Virus record (IMG/VR): IMGVR_UViG_3300028844_002785
Location: 23,129 to 87,128 of that record
DNA length: 64,000 nucleotides
Reading direction: 5' to 3' (one strand)
Source: a virus
This document shows positions 49,335-59,233 of this stretch, piece after piece. Positions within the stretch are counted from its first letter, which is position 1; each line of letters starts with the position of its first letter. A program made the translations under genes and the position numbers. Below the pieces are notes generated by a model that was given only the letters and a program-made list of their open reading frames with translations, was not told where the DNA came from and ran no database searches.

Positions 49335-50612
49335 ATGAAATCTTTCGATAACTTTTTTGGGGAAGCGCGAACTAAGGCAGGATTGGAAGCGGAAAAGAAA
49401 GGATTAACGCATACTGGTAAAGGTTATTACGCAGATAAGTCTGGTACCATTGTCGCAAAAGCAGAAGGTGGTGAACGTTTAACTAATGTATCAAAAGCAG
49501 ATCAAGCAAAGTTAAAGAGTGGAGAACCATTGAATGGTCCACAGTCTGTTGCTGATGTTCAAACGTTGCAACAGTTTGCTAAGAAAGCAAAACAAGCGCA
49601 ACAAGCTCCTTCTCAAGAATCATCCCCAGAACAAACTAAACAAACAGAAAAGTCTGATAAAGATACATCTCAAGTTCCACGTAATGAAGGTGGTAAGTCT
49701 ATTGTAATTACATTTGGTAGATTCAATCCTCCTCATACCGGTCACCTAAAATTAATGGATCGAGTTGCTGACGAAGCATATAAGAGTGGTGCCGACTATA
49801 TGATTTACCCAAGTCATAGTCAGGATTCAAAAAAGAATCCATTTGATTTATCAACTAAACATAATGTAATGAGTCAGATGTTTCCACATCACTCACAAAA
49901 TATTGCTAATGATCCTAATTCAGGAAAAAATATCTTTGATGTATTAAAAGATTTACATGCTAATGGATATGATGATGTTAAGGTTGTAGTAGGTGATGAT
50001 AGAGTAAAAGAGTTTTCAAATATTACTAGTAAGTATAATGGTAAGACATATAACTTTGGTAAGTTAGATGTTATTAGTGCAGGTGCTAGAGATGATAAGT
50101 CTGATGATGTTGAGGGTATGTCTGCATCTAAGATGAGACAAGCTGCTTCTGATAATGATTATGATGCATTTAAGAAAGGACTTCCTAAAGATTTAAAATC
50201 AAAAGAAGCGAAGAGTATCTATATGCAACTTCGTAAGTCTATGAATTTAGAAGAACAACTATGGCAGATTGCTCCAAAACTAGATTACAATTCTCTACGT
50301 GAAGAATATTATCAGGAAAATATTTTTAATGTTGGTGATATTGTGGAGAGTTTAACTACTGGTATTGAAGGTGAAATTATTGTTAGGGGAGCAAATTATA
50401 TTATTATGATGGATGAAGAAGGTAGAACATTCAGACAATGGTTGGATAGTATTACCGAGAAAGCACATTATGAAGTTGGTACAGATGTATATAGAATTGC
50501 ACTGCAACAACTAACTCCTGGTGAGAAAGTACAGTCATTTACAGGTAAGCCTGTACCCGAACCTGGAACTCCACCAGTCACTCAATCTGTAAAGAAAAAG
50601 ACCACTAAATAG
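49335..50612 (+). CDS. HIGH-family nucleotidyltransferase (cytidyltransferase-like) with C-terminal SH3/KOW-like domain
   Basis: FGRFNPPHTGH, VVGDDRV, MSASKMR; GATAAATA at 49299. Confidence 0.85.
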   Translation: MKSFDNFFGEARTKAGLEAEKKGLTHTGKGYYADKSGTIVAKAEGGERLTNVSKADQAKLKSGEPLNGPQSVADVQTLQQFAKKAKQAQQAPSQESSPEQTKQTEKSDKDTSQVPRNEGGKSIVITFGRFNPPHTGHLKLMDRVADEAYKSGADYMIYPSHSQDSKKNPFDLSTKHNVMSQMFPHHSQNIANDPNSGKNIFDVLKDLHANGYDDVKVVVGDDRVKEFSNITSKYNGKTYNFGKLDVISAGARDDKSDDVEGMSASKMRQAASDNDYDAFKKGLPKDLKSKEAKSIYMQLRKSMNLEEQLWQIAPKLDYNSLREEYYQENIFNVGDIVESLTTGIEGEIIVRGANYIIMMDEEGRTFRQWLDSITEKAHYEVGTDVYRIALQQLTPGEKVQSFTGKPVPEPGTPPVTQSVKKKTTK

Positions 50613-50632
50613 TATTAAAACAAGTATATCTA

Positions 50633-52399
50633 ATGGACATATCTAAAATTGCCTCCTTTATTACCTTAGAGCCTTCTCAACTCTTTCGTGCAGAAAGATG
50701 TGTTGAACAAGGACTTAAGATGTATAATTCTGATGAAGAATTAACAGAAGCTTATTTGAAGGAACATCTTCATGGTGTGACTCTAAATTATGCTATGCAT
50801 GTTTTAGGTGAATCTTCTACTTCATACATGGACGTTGCGATTCATAATCAGGGAGGTAAATTTAGTGCTCCTACCGCTGGTGTATATGGAGTCTCTTCAC
50901 GTCCTGAAATCAAGCAGAAGATCAAGGACAAAGTTCTCAAGAAAAATGAACTTGAGAAGAAACAGAAGTCGATGAAAAAGGAAGAGGTTGAGCTCGACGA
51001 ACTGTACAAGGGTAAGCACGGACAATCTGAGAAGCAGTATCAGGACAGTAGATCTGATGCAGGCAAGATGATCTCTGGTGACTCCAAGTCCAGTGGATCT
51101 AAGTATGCTCAGGGTAGAAGAACTGGTAGCGATGCTGGTCCTCAACCTGCTGGTGGTTCTGCAAGACCACAGAGTCAGGGTAAGATGGACTCTGGTTCAA
51201 GAACTGACCTCACATTCCGTAAAGCAGCACTCAAGAAGAAAGCAGCTGACATGAAGAAGGAAGAGGTTGTAAATGAAGAAGGTGCAGATTCACTAAAGGA
51301 TCGCCGCATGGAACGTGGTGGTGTTGACGGTAACAATCGTTATAACAAAGCACCAGGTAAATCTAATACCGCTGGTAAAAAACCATCGAGTGGAATGTCT
51401 GCATTCGATAAAGTATCTGCTAGTCTTAAGAAGAAGTATGGTGATAAAGCTATCATCTCTAAAAAGAGTACTAATGAAGAAGTAGTTCTAGAGAAGAAGG
51501 ATTATGATGGTGATGGTAAGATTGAGTCTGGTTCCAAAGAACATGCTGGTGTAGTCCATAACGCTATCCAACGTGCAAAGGGTAAAAAAGCAGATGGTAA
51601 GGACACTCGTAAAGAAGAAGTAGTAAGTCTTTCTGATTCTCTTACTGAAGGTAAAGCTACTTGTAAGAAATGTTCTGGTAAAGGTTGTGACGATTGTAAA
51701 GGAAAGGGTTATAAGATAACTCATAATTGTTCATCTAAGGTTGAACATGCTGAGTGGGGTTCTGGTGAGTGTATTAAAGAAATGCATACTCTAGATGAAA
51801 ATGGTCGTATCTCTCACTATGATGTTATTTTTGCACATGGTATTGAAGAGAATGTATCTGTACAAGATCTAACCACGTTAGTTTCTGAGATGCATGAACA
51901 TGCTATCAACGATGAAAAGAATGAAGTTGTTGAAAGTATGAAGCAAGCACGTAAGAACGTTGGTGCTTCTACTTGCTGGAAAGGATATAAAGCAAAGGGT
52001 ACTAAAACCAAGGATGGAAAAGTAGTTCCTAATTGTGTCAAAGAGGATGAAGAGATTGATGAATCGACGGTAGAGATTAAGGGTAAGAAGAAAGGTAATG
52101 TAATTATCAATCCTGAAGTTAAAAAAGTTAACGAGGATGCAGATGTTGCTAAAAATCAACAGGTTCAGAGAAGACAACTAATGCTCAATAAGCAAAAACT
52201 TGCTCTCCAACAAAAAGCAACCACTAAGAAAAAACCAACTGACATGCATATGGAAGAGACGGAAGACATTCAAGAAGTTGATATGTCAACACGTTCTGTT
52301 GACTATGGTCAGGAGATTGAGAACACTACTCTCAAGAGAAAGAAAGAAAAAAAATCACTTTCAAACTTCAAGAAACTTTCAAAACCTACTGAATCTTGA
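50633..52399 (+). CDS. Modular charged late protein, putative internal head polyprotein
   Basis: Basic modules separated by EEVELDE, EEVVNEE, EEVVLE, SLTE, NEVVE and EEIDE linkers; TAAATA at 50606. Confidence 0.65.
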   Translation: MDISKIASFITLEPSQLFRAERCVEQGLKMYNSDEELTEAYLKEHLHGVTLNYAMHVLGESSTSYMDVAIHNQGGKFSAPTAGVYGVSSRPEIKQKIKDKVLKKNELEKKQKSMKKEEVELDELYKGKHGQSEKQYQDSRSDAGKMISGDSKSSGSKYAQGRRTGSDAGPQPAGGSARPQSQGKMDSGSRTDLTFRKAALKKKAADMKKEEVVNEEGADSLKDRRMERGGVDGNNRYNKAPGKSNTAGKKPSSGMSAFDKVSASLKKKYGDKAIISKKSTNEEVVLEKKDYDGDGKIESGSKEHAGVVHNAIQRAKGKKADGKDTRKEEVVSLSDSLTEGKATCKKCSGKGCDDCKGKGYKITHNCSSKVEHAEWGSGECIKEMHTLDENGRISHYDVIFAHGIEENVSVQDLTTLVSEMHEHAINDEKNEVVESMKQARKNVGASTCWKGYKAKGTKTKDGKVVPNCVKEDEEIDESTVEIKGKKKGNVIINPEVKKVNEDADVAKNQQVQRRQLMLNKQKLALQQKATTKKKPTDMHMEETEDIQEVDMSTRSVDYGQEIENTTLKRKKEKKSLSNFKKLSKPTES

Positions 52400-52446
52400 T
52401 ATAGAATGAATGGGGGATAAATAATTTATGCCTATGTTATAAGATC

Positions 52447-52647
52447 ATGCTTTCAATTTTACTCCCCCTAGCATCGAAAATTATTAAAGATGCTGTTGCT
52501 AAAATTCCAGAGAACGAAGAACTTGGTGAGAAGATGGTTGAGATCTGTCTTGTTATTCTTGCTAAAGCAGTTAAGTTAACCAAGACTGATATGGATGATC
52601 AACTACTAGCTGTAGTTGAAAAGGCAATTCTCACTAGAGAAGAATAG
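52447..52647 (+). CDS. Conserved small cyanophage protein
   Basis: LLPLASKII...KAVKLTKTDMDDQLL; GATAAATA upstream and a hairpin downstream. Confidence 0.75.
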   Translation: MLSILLPLASKIIKDAVAKIPENEELGEKMVEICLVILAKAVKLTKTDMDDQLLAVVEKAILTREE

Positions 52648-52653
52648 TAACTC

Positions 52654-52684
52654 AGGGGGCTATACGTCCCCTTTGTTATAAATA
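52654..52684 (+). terminator. Terminator-like hairpin followed by late promoter TATAAATA
   Basis: aggggg-ctatacg-tcccct-ttgtt; TATAAATA at 52677-52684. Confidence 0.6.
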
Positions 52685-52715
52685 AGTTTAGGAATTAAAT
52701 TTATACAGGAGACCA

Positions 52716-53501
52716 ATGGCAATTTTTGGAACCATAGATGCCGCAACTTTTGCAAATAATGTAGGTGTCACACAAAACGATCCTACTGTCACTAAGAACG
52801 CTGCTGATGTAGTAGCAGAAGGTGATGTTTTAGAACTTGGTGGAGTTGCATACATCGTAAGAACAGTAACAAGTACTACCGCAATTGAATTACATAAAGG
52901 ATATGTAGCATCAACTGATGCTGCACTTGCTGGTGCAGTTCGCCGTACTCCACCAAAGAAGGTTGCTGAGTATGTAGTTAAAGGTGGAGATTCAATCACA
53001 GATTATCAACTTATCTTTGTTGATAGCACTGAGAAAGATGTTGCATCAAACAAAGCACGTGGTATCACTGGTCCTGGTTGGTGGTTATATAGAACGTACA
53101 CTGACGTTTCTGGTAGAACTCGTCATAAGGCAGAATGTCTTGCATTCGTTCATGCAACCGCTGCAGCAGCTGGTGATGATGCTGATGATACAGTAGCAGC
53201 AGATGTAATTGAGACCATCACGATTGGTACTCAACCTGCTGACCAGAATACATCTTCTGGTGGTGCAACATTCACCGTTGCTGCAACCGCATCTGCATCC
53301 GGTACACTTGCATATCAGTGGCAGAAGAGAACTGCTTCCTCTGGTCGCTTTGCTAATGTCTCCGGTGCAACCAGTGCTTCTCTTGCACTAACTGGACAAC
53401 TTGCTGCTAACACCGGTAACCAGTATAGAGTTAAGATCACCACATCCAAGGGTGCTGCAGAAGTTACATCTAGTGCTGCAACTCTAACATTCGTCTCCTG
53501 A
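52716..53501 (+). CDS. Virion structural protein with C-terminal Ig-like domain
   Basis: GITGPGWWLYRTY...RHKAECL; ITIGTQPADQ...YQWQK...YRVKIT Ig-like signature. Confidence 0.75.
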   Translation: MAIFGTIDAATFANNVGVTQNDPTVTKNAADVVAEGDVLELGGVAYIVRTVTSTTAIELHKGYVASTDAALAGAVRRTPPKKVAEYVVKGGDSITDYQLIFVDSTEKDVASNKARGITGPGWWLYRTYTDVSGRTRHKAECLAFVHATAAAAGDDADDTVAADVIETITIGTQPADQNTSSGGATFTVAATASASGTLAYQWQKRTASSGRFANVSGATSASLALTGQLAANTGNQYRVKITTSKGAAEVTSSAATLTFVS

Positions 53502-53514
53502 TAATTAATATTAT

Positions 53515-53877
53515 ATGAAATTTACTGAGTTGAATGAAAATAATTTTTTATTATTTGCTATAAAACATTATGATAATCCACATTGTTCTACAAGGGATGA
53601 TTTTTACGAGGATCTGAAAAGATTTAAATATATTAAACGGTTATTAAAAAAATATATTAAAACCGGTGATCTTAAAACTCATCTCTTATTGAATCATATT
53701 ATCATCATCTATAATATATTTGGTGATGCTGGAACACCTTTACTGTTTTTTAAATTAGAAACAGAGTATTGGTCTTCGTTAAAATCTATCTTAGTATTTT
53801 TGTCTAGGGTAGATGAAAGTAGTATGTCTAATGTCAAACTTGATGAGTTCTGTTTACAAGAGTTAAATAAATTATAA
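53515..53877 (+). CDS. Conserved T4-like hypothetical protein
   Basis: FAIKHYDNP.C...DLKRFKYIKRLL...LLLNHIIIIYNIFG. Confidence 0.8.
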   Translation: MKFTELNENNFLLFAIKHYDNPHCSTRDDFYEDLKRFKYIKRLLKKYIKTGDLKTHLLLNHIIIIYNIFGDAGTPLLFFKLETEYWSSLKSILVFLSRVDESSMSNVKLDEFCLQELNKL

Positions 53878-54362
53878 TGGATAAAAAAGATATCTATGGT
53901 ATGTGGGAAGACTCTATTGGTGGTGTACCTACCAATAATGCTTCAGGTGGTGCCGTTGCTGGACTTCCTCCAGATGAACCACCCATCAGAAAAAAGAAAA
54001 AGTATGATGGCCGCCGTAAGGATGTCAGAGAGTTTGTTGCAAAGTTATTGAAGAGAAGACAACAGAGAATAGAACAAAAATTTAAGAATCAAAGTAAATC
54101 ACTTGAGGAAGAGTTAGAAGCACTTCAGGAAAGTGGTGGTAAAGTTATTGATCAACTAAAGAAAATTGCTTTAGCAGGTGGAACTGGAACAGTTCAATTT
54201 GATGATGGATCAAAACAACCAGTCGAACCATCTGAGGCTGGTAAGATTGTTAATCTATATCAAAATTTAAATTCTAGTAATAGAGTTAAAATGATAAAAT
54301 CTATAAATTCTTCTACGAATGCGTATGAGAAAGTAAAAGCTTTTGCTCAATCTAGAACTTAA
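53877..54362 (+). CDS. Hypothetical modular protein
   Basis: PTNNASGGAVAGLPPDEPP, KYDGRRK, then after LQE a VIDQLKKI...VQFDDG module. Confidence 0.7.
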   Translation: MDKKDIYGMWEDSIGGVPTNNASGGAVAGLPPDEPPIRKKKKYDGRRKDVREFVAKLLKRRQQRIEQKFKNQSKSLEEELEALQESGGKVIDQLKKIALAGGTGTVQFDDGSKQPVEPSEAGKIVNLYQNLNSSNRVKMIKSINSSTNAYEKVKAFAQSRT

Positions 54363-54366
54363 AAAA

Positions 54367-54774
54367 ATGTTTACTCCATCTAAGATAGCTGTACTTGAAT
54401 CTAAACTTGGTATGTATGAAGAACTTTCTAGGGAAATGCTTTCTAAGTTGGAGAATGCTGTAGATAAAATTTCCGAAGGTAATCAACGAATTGCTATAGT
54501 ATTAGAAAGACACGAGAACAGATTAGATGAGTCGGATAAAGCTGACCAAGCAATTCTGCAGTTAGTCACTAGAGTAGAACATAACTTAGAAGATCTAGAA
54601 AAGAAAGTAGATCAACTATCAAGGTTCCGATGGGTTACTGTTGGTGTTGCTACTGCTGCAGTAGTCATCCTGAAATCTGCTGAGCTATTCGGATCCATTC
54701 TTTCTCTCCCCCAACAATCATTGACATCTTCTACCGTCTATGGTAGTATAGTGGAACGAGTGGACCCCATGTAA
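54367..54774 (+). CDS. Coiled-coil protein with C-terminal transmembrane segment
   Basis: EMLSKLENAVDKISE...VLERHE, RWVTVGVATAAVVIL. Confidence 0.7.
   Translation: MFTPSKIAVLESKLGMYEELSREMLSKLENAVDKISEGNQRIAIVLERHENRLDESDKADQAILQLVTRVEHNLEDLEKKVDQLSRFRWVTVGVATAAVVILKSAELFGSILSLPQQSLTSSTVYGSIVERVDPM
54721..54749 (+). promoter_or_regulatory. sigma70-like promoter for primase-nrdAB
   Basis: TTGACA-17nt(TGG)-TAGTAT. Confidence 0.65.
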
Positions 54775-55754
54775 TGTCCTTTATTGATCTGAAGTATATT
54801 AATATTATTTCCCCTCGTCTAGAAAAATTTTCAAAAAAGAAAGACTACCTCTATAATTTCCGTTGTCCCTATTGTGGCGATTCTAAGAAGAACAAGAATC
54901 GTGCAAGAGGGTTTTTCTTTCTGAAGAAATCAGATATGGTTTACAAATGTCACAACTGTGGTGTTGGTAGAACTCTTGCGAATTTTTTAAAAGATATGGA
55001 TGTGAGTCTCCATGATCAGTATGTCATGGAAAGATATAAGAGTGGATTTACTGGTAAGGGTACTAATACTGCTAGTCCTAAATTTGAGTTTGAAAAACCA
55101 GTTTTTTCTAGAAAGGAAAAACTGTTGAGTTTGAAGAAAATATCAGAACTAAATATATTACACCCCGCGAGAGATTATCTTGCAAACAGGAAAACACCAG
55201 AAAAATATTACTCTTCCCTGTACTATGCTGAAGATTTTAACAAGTGGGCGGGAACAACAAATAAATTTAAGGAGGGTAGGATTGTAATACCTTTAATGAA
55301 TCAATCAGGAAAAATGATTGGTTATCAAGGTAGGACATTAAATAAAAATTCTACGCTTCGTTATATAACAATTATGTTAGACGAAGATCATCCAAAAATA
55401 TATGGTTTAGATAAAGTAAACAAAACGAAAACCGTTTATGTCACAGAAGGACCCTTCGACAGTCATTTCATTACCAATGCTATTGCTATGTGTGGTAGCG
55501 ATGTTGACCTTAGCTGTTACGATTATCGATTCATATTCGTATTCGACAATGAACCGAGAAACAGAGAGATCGTTACTAGAATTGAGACTACGATTAAAAG
55601 AGGCAACGAGGTAGTTATTTTTCCTAAAGGAATTAAAGAAAAGGACCTAAACGATATGGTTCTTGCTGGACATGACGTACAAAATCTGGTAGACTCTAAT
55701 GTATACCAAGGATTGCAAGCAACAATTAAACTAAACGAGTGGAAAAAAGTATGA
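54774..55754 (+). CDS. gp61: DNA primase gp61
   Basis: NFRCPYCGDS, KCHNCG, VTEGPFDS, FDNEPRN, KDLND. Confidence 0.97.
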   Translation: MSFIDLKYINIISPRLEKFSKKKDYLYNFRCPYCGDSKKNKNRARGFFFLKKSDMVYKCHNCGVGRTLANFLKDMDVSLHDQYVMERYKSGFTGKGTNTASPKFEFEKPVFSRKEKLLSLKKISELNILHPARDYLANRKTPEKYYSSLYYAEDFNKWAGTTNKFKEGRIVIPLMNQSGKMIGYQGRTLNKNSTLRYITIMLDEDHPKIYGLDKVNKTKTVYVTEGPFDSHFITNAIAMCGSDVDLSCYDYRFIFVFDNEPRNREIVTRIETTIKRGNEVVIFPKGIKEKDLNDMVLAGHDVQNLVDSNVYQGLQATIKLNEWKKV

Positions 55755-58054
55755 CGAACGGAACAAAAGTAAAGAAGCGTAATGGAACTCTTGAGTCTCT
55801 TAACTTAGATAAAATCCATTCGATGGTTGAGTGTGCATGTGATGGTTTAGCTGGTGTATCACCATCACAAGTTGAAATTCAATCTGGTATTCAATTTTAT
55901 GACGGAATTACTACAAATGAGATTCAGGAAATTTTAGTTAAATCGGCTAGTGATTTGATTAGTTTGGACAATCCAAACTATCAATTTGTTGCTGCTCGGT
56001 TGCTTTTGTTTGGATTATATAAAAAAGTTTTTGGTGGTGATTGGAAAAATTCATTCACACCATTATCAGAACATCTAAAAAATAATAGTATCTACGATAG
56101 TAAAATCTATGGTAAATATAATGAAGGAGAGTGGTATGTAATTGATAAGTTTATTGATCACGATCGAGATTATTTGTTCACCTATGCTGGATTGAGGCAA
56201 GTTGTAGATAAATACCTAGTACAAGATAGAAGTTCCAGTACTGTTTTTGAGACGCCTCAGTACATGTATCTTTTAATCGCTGTAACTTTGTTCCAGGATT
56301 ATCCTCAAGATACAAGACTGGATTATATACGTAGATACTACAATGCAATCTCAAAACACAAAATCAACATCCCAACGCCCATCATGGCAGGCGTCAGGAC
56401 ACCCTTGCGTCAATTTGCATCTTGTGTTCTCGTTGATGTTGATGACACCCTCGATAGTATCTTTAGCAGTGATATGGCTATTGGTAAATACGTCGCACAA
56501 AGGGCTGGTATCGGTATTAACGCAGGCAGAATTCGTGGGATCAATTCTAAAATTAGAGGCGGCGAGGTACAACACACAGGTGTTATCCCCTTCCTTAAAA
56601 AGTTTGAATCAACTGTACGATGCTGTACACAAAACGGCATCAGAGGTGGTTCTGCTACAGTTCACTTTCCTATCTGGCACAAAGAAATAGAAGACATTAT
56701 TGTTCTTAAGAACAATAAGGGTACAGAAGACAACCGAGTGAGGAAACTTGACTACTCAATCCAAATTTCAAAACTTTTCTACGAACGTTTCATTGCGAAT
56801 GGAGAGATTAGCCTCTTCTCACCGCATGACGTACCAGGTCTCTATGATGCTTTTGGTACTGATGCATTTGACGCTCGCTATGTGGACTATGAATCAGATC
56901 AGTCTATTCCAAGAAAGACTGTCGGGGCACAAGAACTTATCCTAGATATTCTGAAGGAGAGAGCAGAGACTGGTCGTTTATATATTATGAACATTGATCA
57001 CTGTAATGATCATTCATCCTTCAAGGATAAGATCAACATGAGTAATCTATGTCAGGAGATCACTTTACCTACAGATCCTATTAATCACATCGATGATACC
57101 GCTGGTGAGATCGCTTTGTGTATTTTGTCTGCTATCAATATAGGTAAACTAAAAAAACTAGATGAACTAGAAGAACTTTGTGATCTTGCTGTTCGTGGTC
57201 TTGAAGAACTTATTGATTATCAAGGATATCCAGTTGCTGCAGCAGAAAGAAGTACAAAAGAACGTCGTTCACTTGGGGTAGGTTTTATTGGTCTTGCCCA
57301 TTATCTTGCTAAACAAGGATTTAAGTATGGTGATCCAGACGCTTTAAAAGAAGTTCATAACATTACCGAAGCGTTTCAATACTACTTGTTAAGATCCTCC
57401 AATAGTATTGCAAAAGAAAAAGGTGCATGTACAGGATTTAATCGAACTAAGTATGCTGATGGAATTCTTCCAATAGATACATATAAGAAGGACGTTGACG
57501 AATTAGTAACACCCGAGTATAATTATGATTGGGAAAGTCTTAGGACATCTATCACCACCCACGGTCTTAGGCACTCAACATTGTCCGCACAAATGCCATC
57601 GGAATCTAGTTCCGTTGTGTCAAATGCAACCAATGGAATCGAACCACCTAGAGACTACCTGTCCGTTAAAAAATCAAAGAAAGGACCTCTTAAGCAAATT
57701 GTTCCTCAGTACACTACCCTGAAGAATAATTACACTTTGTTATGGGATATGGAATCTAATCGTGGTTATATTAACATTGTTGCTGTAATGCAAAAATTCT
57801 TTGATCAAGCGATTAGTGGTAATTGGTCTTACAATCCGGAACACTATCCGGATAATGAAGTACCAGTATCTTCTATGGCTCAAGATTTGTTAACTACGTA
57901 CAAATATGGTTGGAAAACTTCCTATTATCAAAATACCTATGATGCTAAAAAAGATGAGGATGATTTAGATATCAAAGAGAGTAATTCTGGTTTGGATCAA
58001 TTGATGAAACAATTGGAAGAGTCAGAAGAAGATTGCGAAAGTTGTAAAATTTAA
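55751..58054 (+). CDS. nrdA: Class I ribonucleotide reductase alpha subunit
   Basis: ATP-cone VKKRNG, PTPIMAG, QFASCVL, SNLCQEI, MPSESSS, C-terminal CESCKI. Confidence 0.98.
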   Translation: MTNGTKVKKRNGTLESLNLDKIHSMVECACDGLAGVSPSQVEIQSGIQFYDGITTNEIQEILVKSASDLISLDNPNYQFVAARLLLFGLYKKVFGGDWKNSFTPLSEHLKNNSIYDSKIYGKYNEGEWYVIDKFIDHDRDYLFTYAGLRQVVDKYLVQDRSSSTVFETPQYMYLLIAVTLFQDYPQDTRLDYIRRYYNAISKHKINIPTPIMAGVRTPLRQFASCVLVDVDDTLDSIFSSDMAIGKYVAQRAGIGINAGRIRGINSKIRGGEVQHTGVIPFLKKFESTVRCCTQNGIRGGSATVHFPIWHKEIEDIIVLKNNKGTEDNRVRKLDYSIQISKLFYERFIANGEISLFSPHDVPGLYDAFGTDAFDARYVDYESDQSIPRKTVGAQELILDILKERAETGRLYIMNIDHCNDHSSFKDKINMSNLCQEITLPTDPINHIDDTAGEIALCILSAINIGKLKKLDELEELCDLAVRGLEELIDYQGYPVAAAERSTKERRSLGVGFIGLAHYLAKQGFKYGDPDALKEVHNITEAFQYYLLRSSNSIAKEKGACTGFNRTKYADGILPIDTYKKDVDELVTPEYNYDWESLRTSITTHGLRHSTLSAQMPSESSSVVSNATNGIEPPRDYLSVKKSKKGPLKQIVPQYTTLKNNYTLLWDMESNRGYINIVAVMQKFFDQAISGNWSYNPEHYPDNEVPVSSMAQDLLTTYKYGWKTSYYQNTYDAKKDEDDLDIKESNSGLDQLMKQLEESEEDCESCKI

Positions 58055-58063
58055 GGAGAACTA

Positions 58064-59233
58064 ATGGAGTTTATTAAAGAGACTAGTAAGACTGTTAAAG
58101 GTATGACAGTTTTTAATTCTAATAAAACTAATTTAAAGAAACAACCAATGTTCTTTGGTGCCCCTCTTGGGGTCCAAAGATATGATACGTATAAGTATCC
58201 CATTTTTGATAAACTAACACAGCAACAACTGGGTTATTTTTGGAGACCAGAAGAAGTATCATTGCAAAAAGATCGTGCGGACTATCAGACACTACGCCCT
58301 GAACAAAAGCACATTTTTACCAGCAATCTTAAATATCAGATCATGCTGGATTCTGTACAAGGGCGCGGTCCTGGGATGGCTTTTATCCCTTATTGTTCAC
58401 TACCTGAACTTGAAGCTTGCATGACTATTTGGGAGACTATGGAGATGATTCATAGTCGGTCGTACACATATATAATTAAAAATGTATACTCTGATCCAAC
58501 AGAAGTATTTGATACTATTCTAGATGACGAACGAATCCTCAGTCGTGCTGCAACTGTAACTGCATCTTATGATGAGTTAATTAAAGCTGCACAACAATAT
58601 GGCAATAGTAATGACTGGGAATATGCAATGGAAGATGTGGATTATGCTAAAGATTCTCTAAAAGAACTTAAGCGTAAACTATATCGTGCAGTTATGAATG
58701 TAAATATCCTTGAGGGTATCCGTTTCTATGTGTCCTTTGCTTGCACATTTGCATTTGGTGAACTTAAACTTATGGAAGGTTCAGCAAAAATTATCTCATT
58801 GATTGCTCGTGATGAAAGTCAACATCTAGTCATCACACAAAACATTCTTAAGAATTGGGCGAATGGTGATGATCCAGATATGTTGGAGATTATGGAAGAA
58901 GAGAAAGATAATGTATATCAAATGTTTAATACATGTGTAGAAGAAGAGAAGAATTGGGCAGAGTATTTGTTCAGAGACGGTTCTATGATTGGTTTGAATG
59001 CAAAACTACTTGACTCTTATGTTGAGTATATTGCTAATCGTCGCATGAAATCAATTGGTTTAAAACCAATGTTTGATACTCCTATGTCAAACAATCCTCT
59101 ACCATGGACTCAACACTGGTTAAATTCTAAGATGATGCAGAATGCTCCTCAAGAAACTGAGATTGAATCTTACGTAATTGGAGGAATTAAACAAGATGTT
59201 AAAAAAGATACGTTCGCTGGTTTCCAGTTGTGA
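58064..59233 (+). CDS. nrdB: Class I ribonucleotide reductase beta subunit
   Basis: FWRPEEV, EMIHSRSY, EGIRFYVSF, RDESQH, APQETEIESY. Confidence 0.98.
   Translation: MEFIKETSKTVKGMTVFNSNKTNLKKQPMFFGAPLGVQRYDTYKYPIFDKLTQQQLGYFWRPEEVSLQKDRADYQTLRPEQKHIFTSNLKYQIMLDSVQGRGPGMAFIPYCSLPELEACMTIWETMEMIHSRSYTYIIKNVYSDPTEVFDTILDDERILSRAATVTASYDELIKAAQQYGNSNDWEYAMEDVDYAKDSLKELKRKLYRAVMNVNILEGIRFYVSFACTFAFGELKLMEGSAKIISLIARDESQHLVITQNILKNWANGDDPDMLEIMEEEKDNVYQMFNTCVEEEKNWAEYLFRDGSMIGLNAKLLDSYVEYIANRRMKSIGLKPMFDTPMSNNPLPWTQHWLNSKMMQNAPQETEIESYVIGGIKQDVKKDTFAGFQL

Noticed and set aside
41448-59233. Introns, inteins or homing endonucleases in gp43, gp41, nrdA and nrdB (also gp17, gp20)
   Set aside because: All are continuous ORFs of normal length with no intein or intron signatures.
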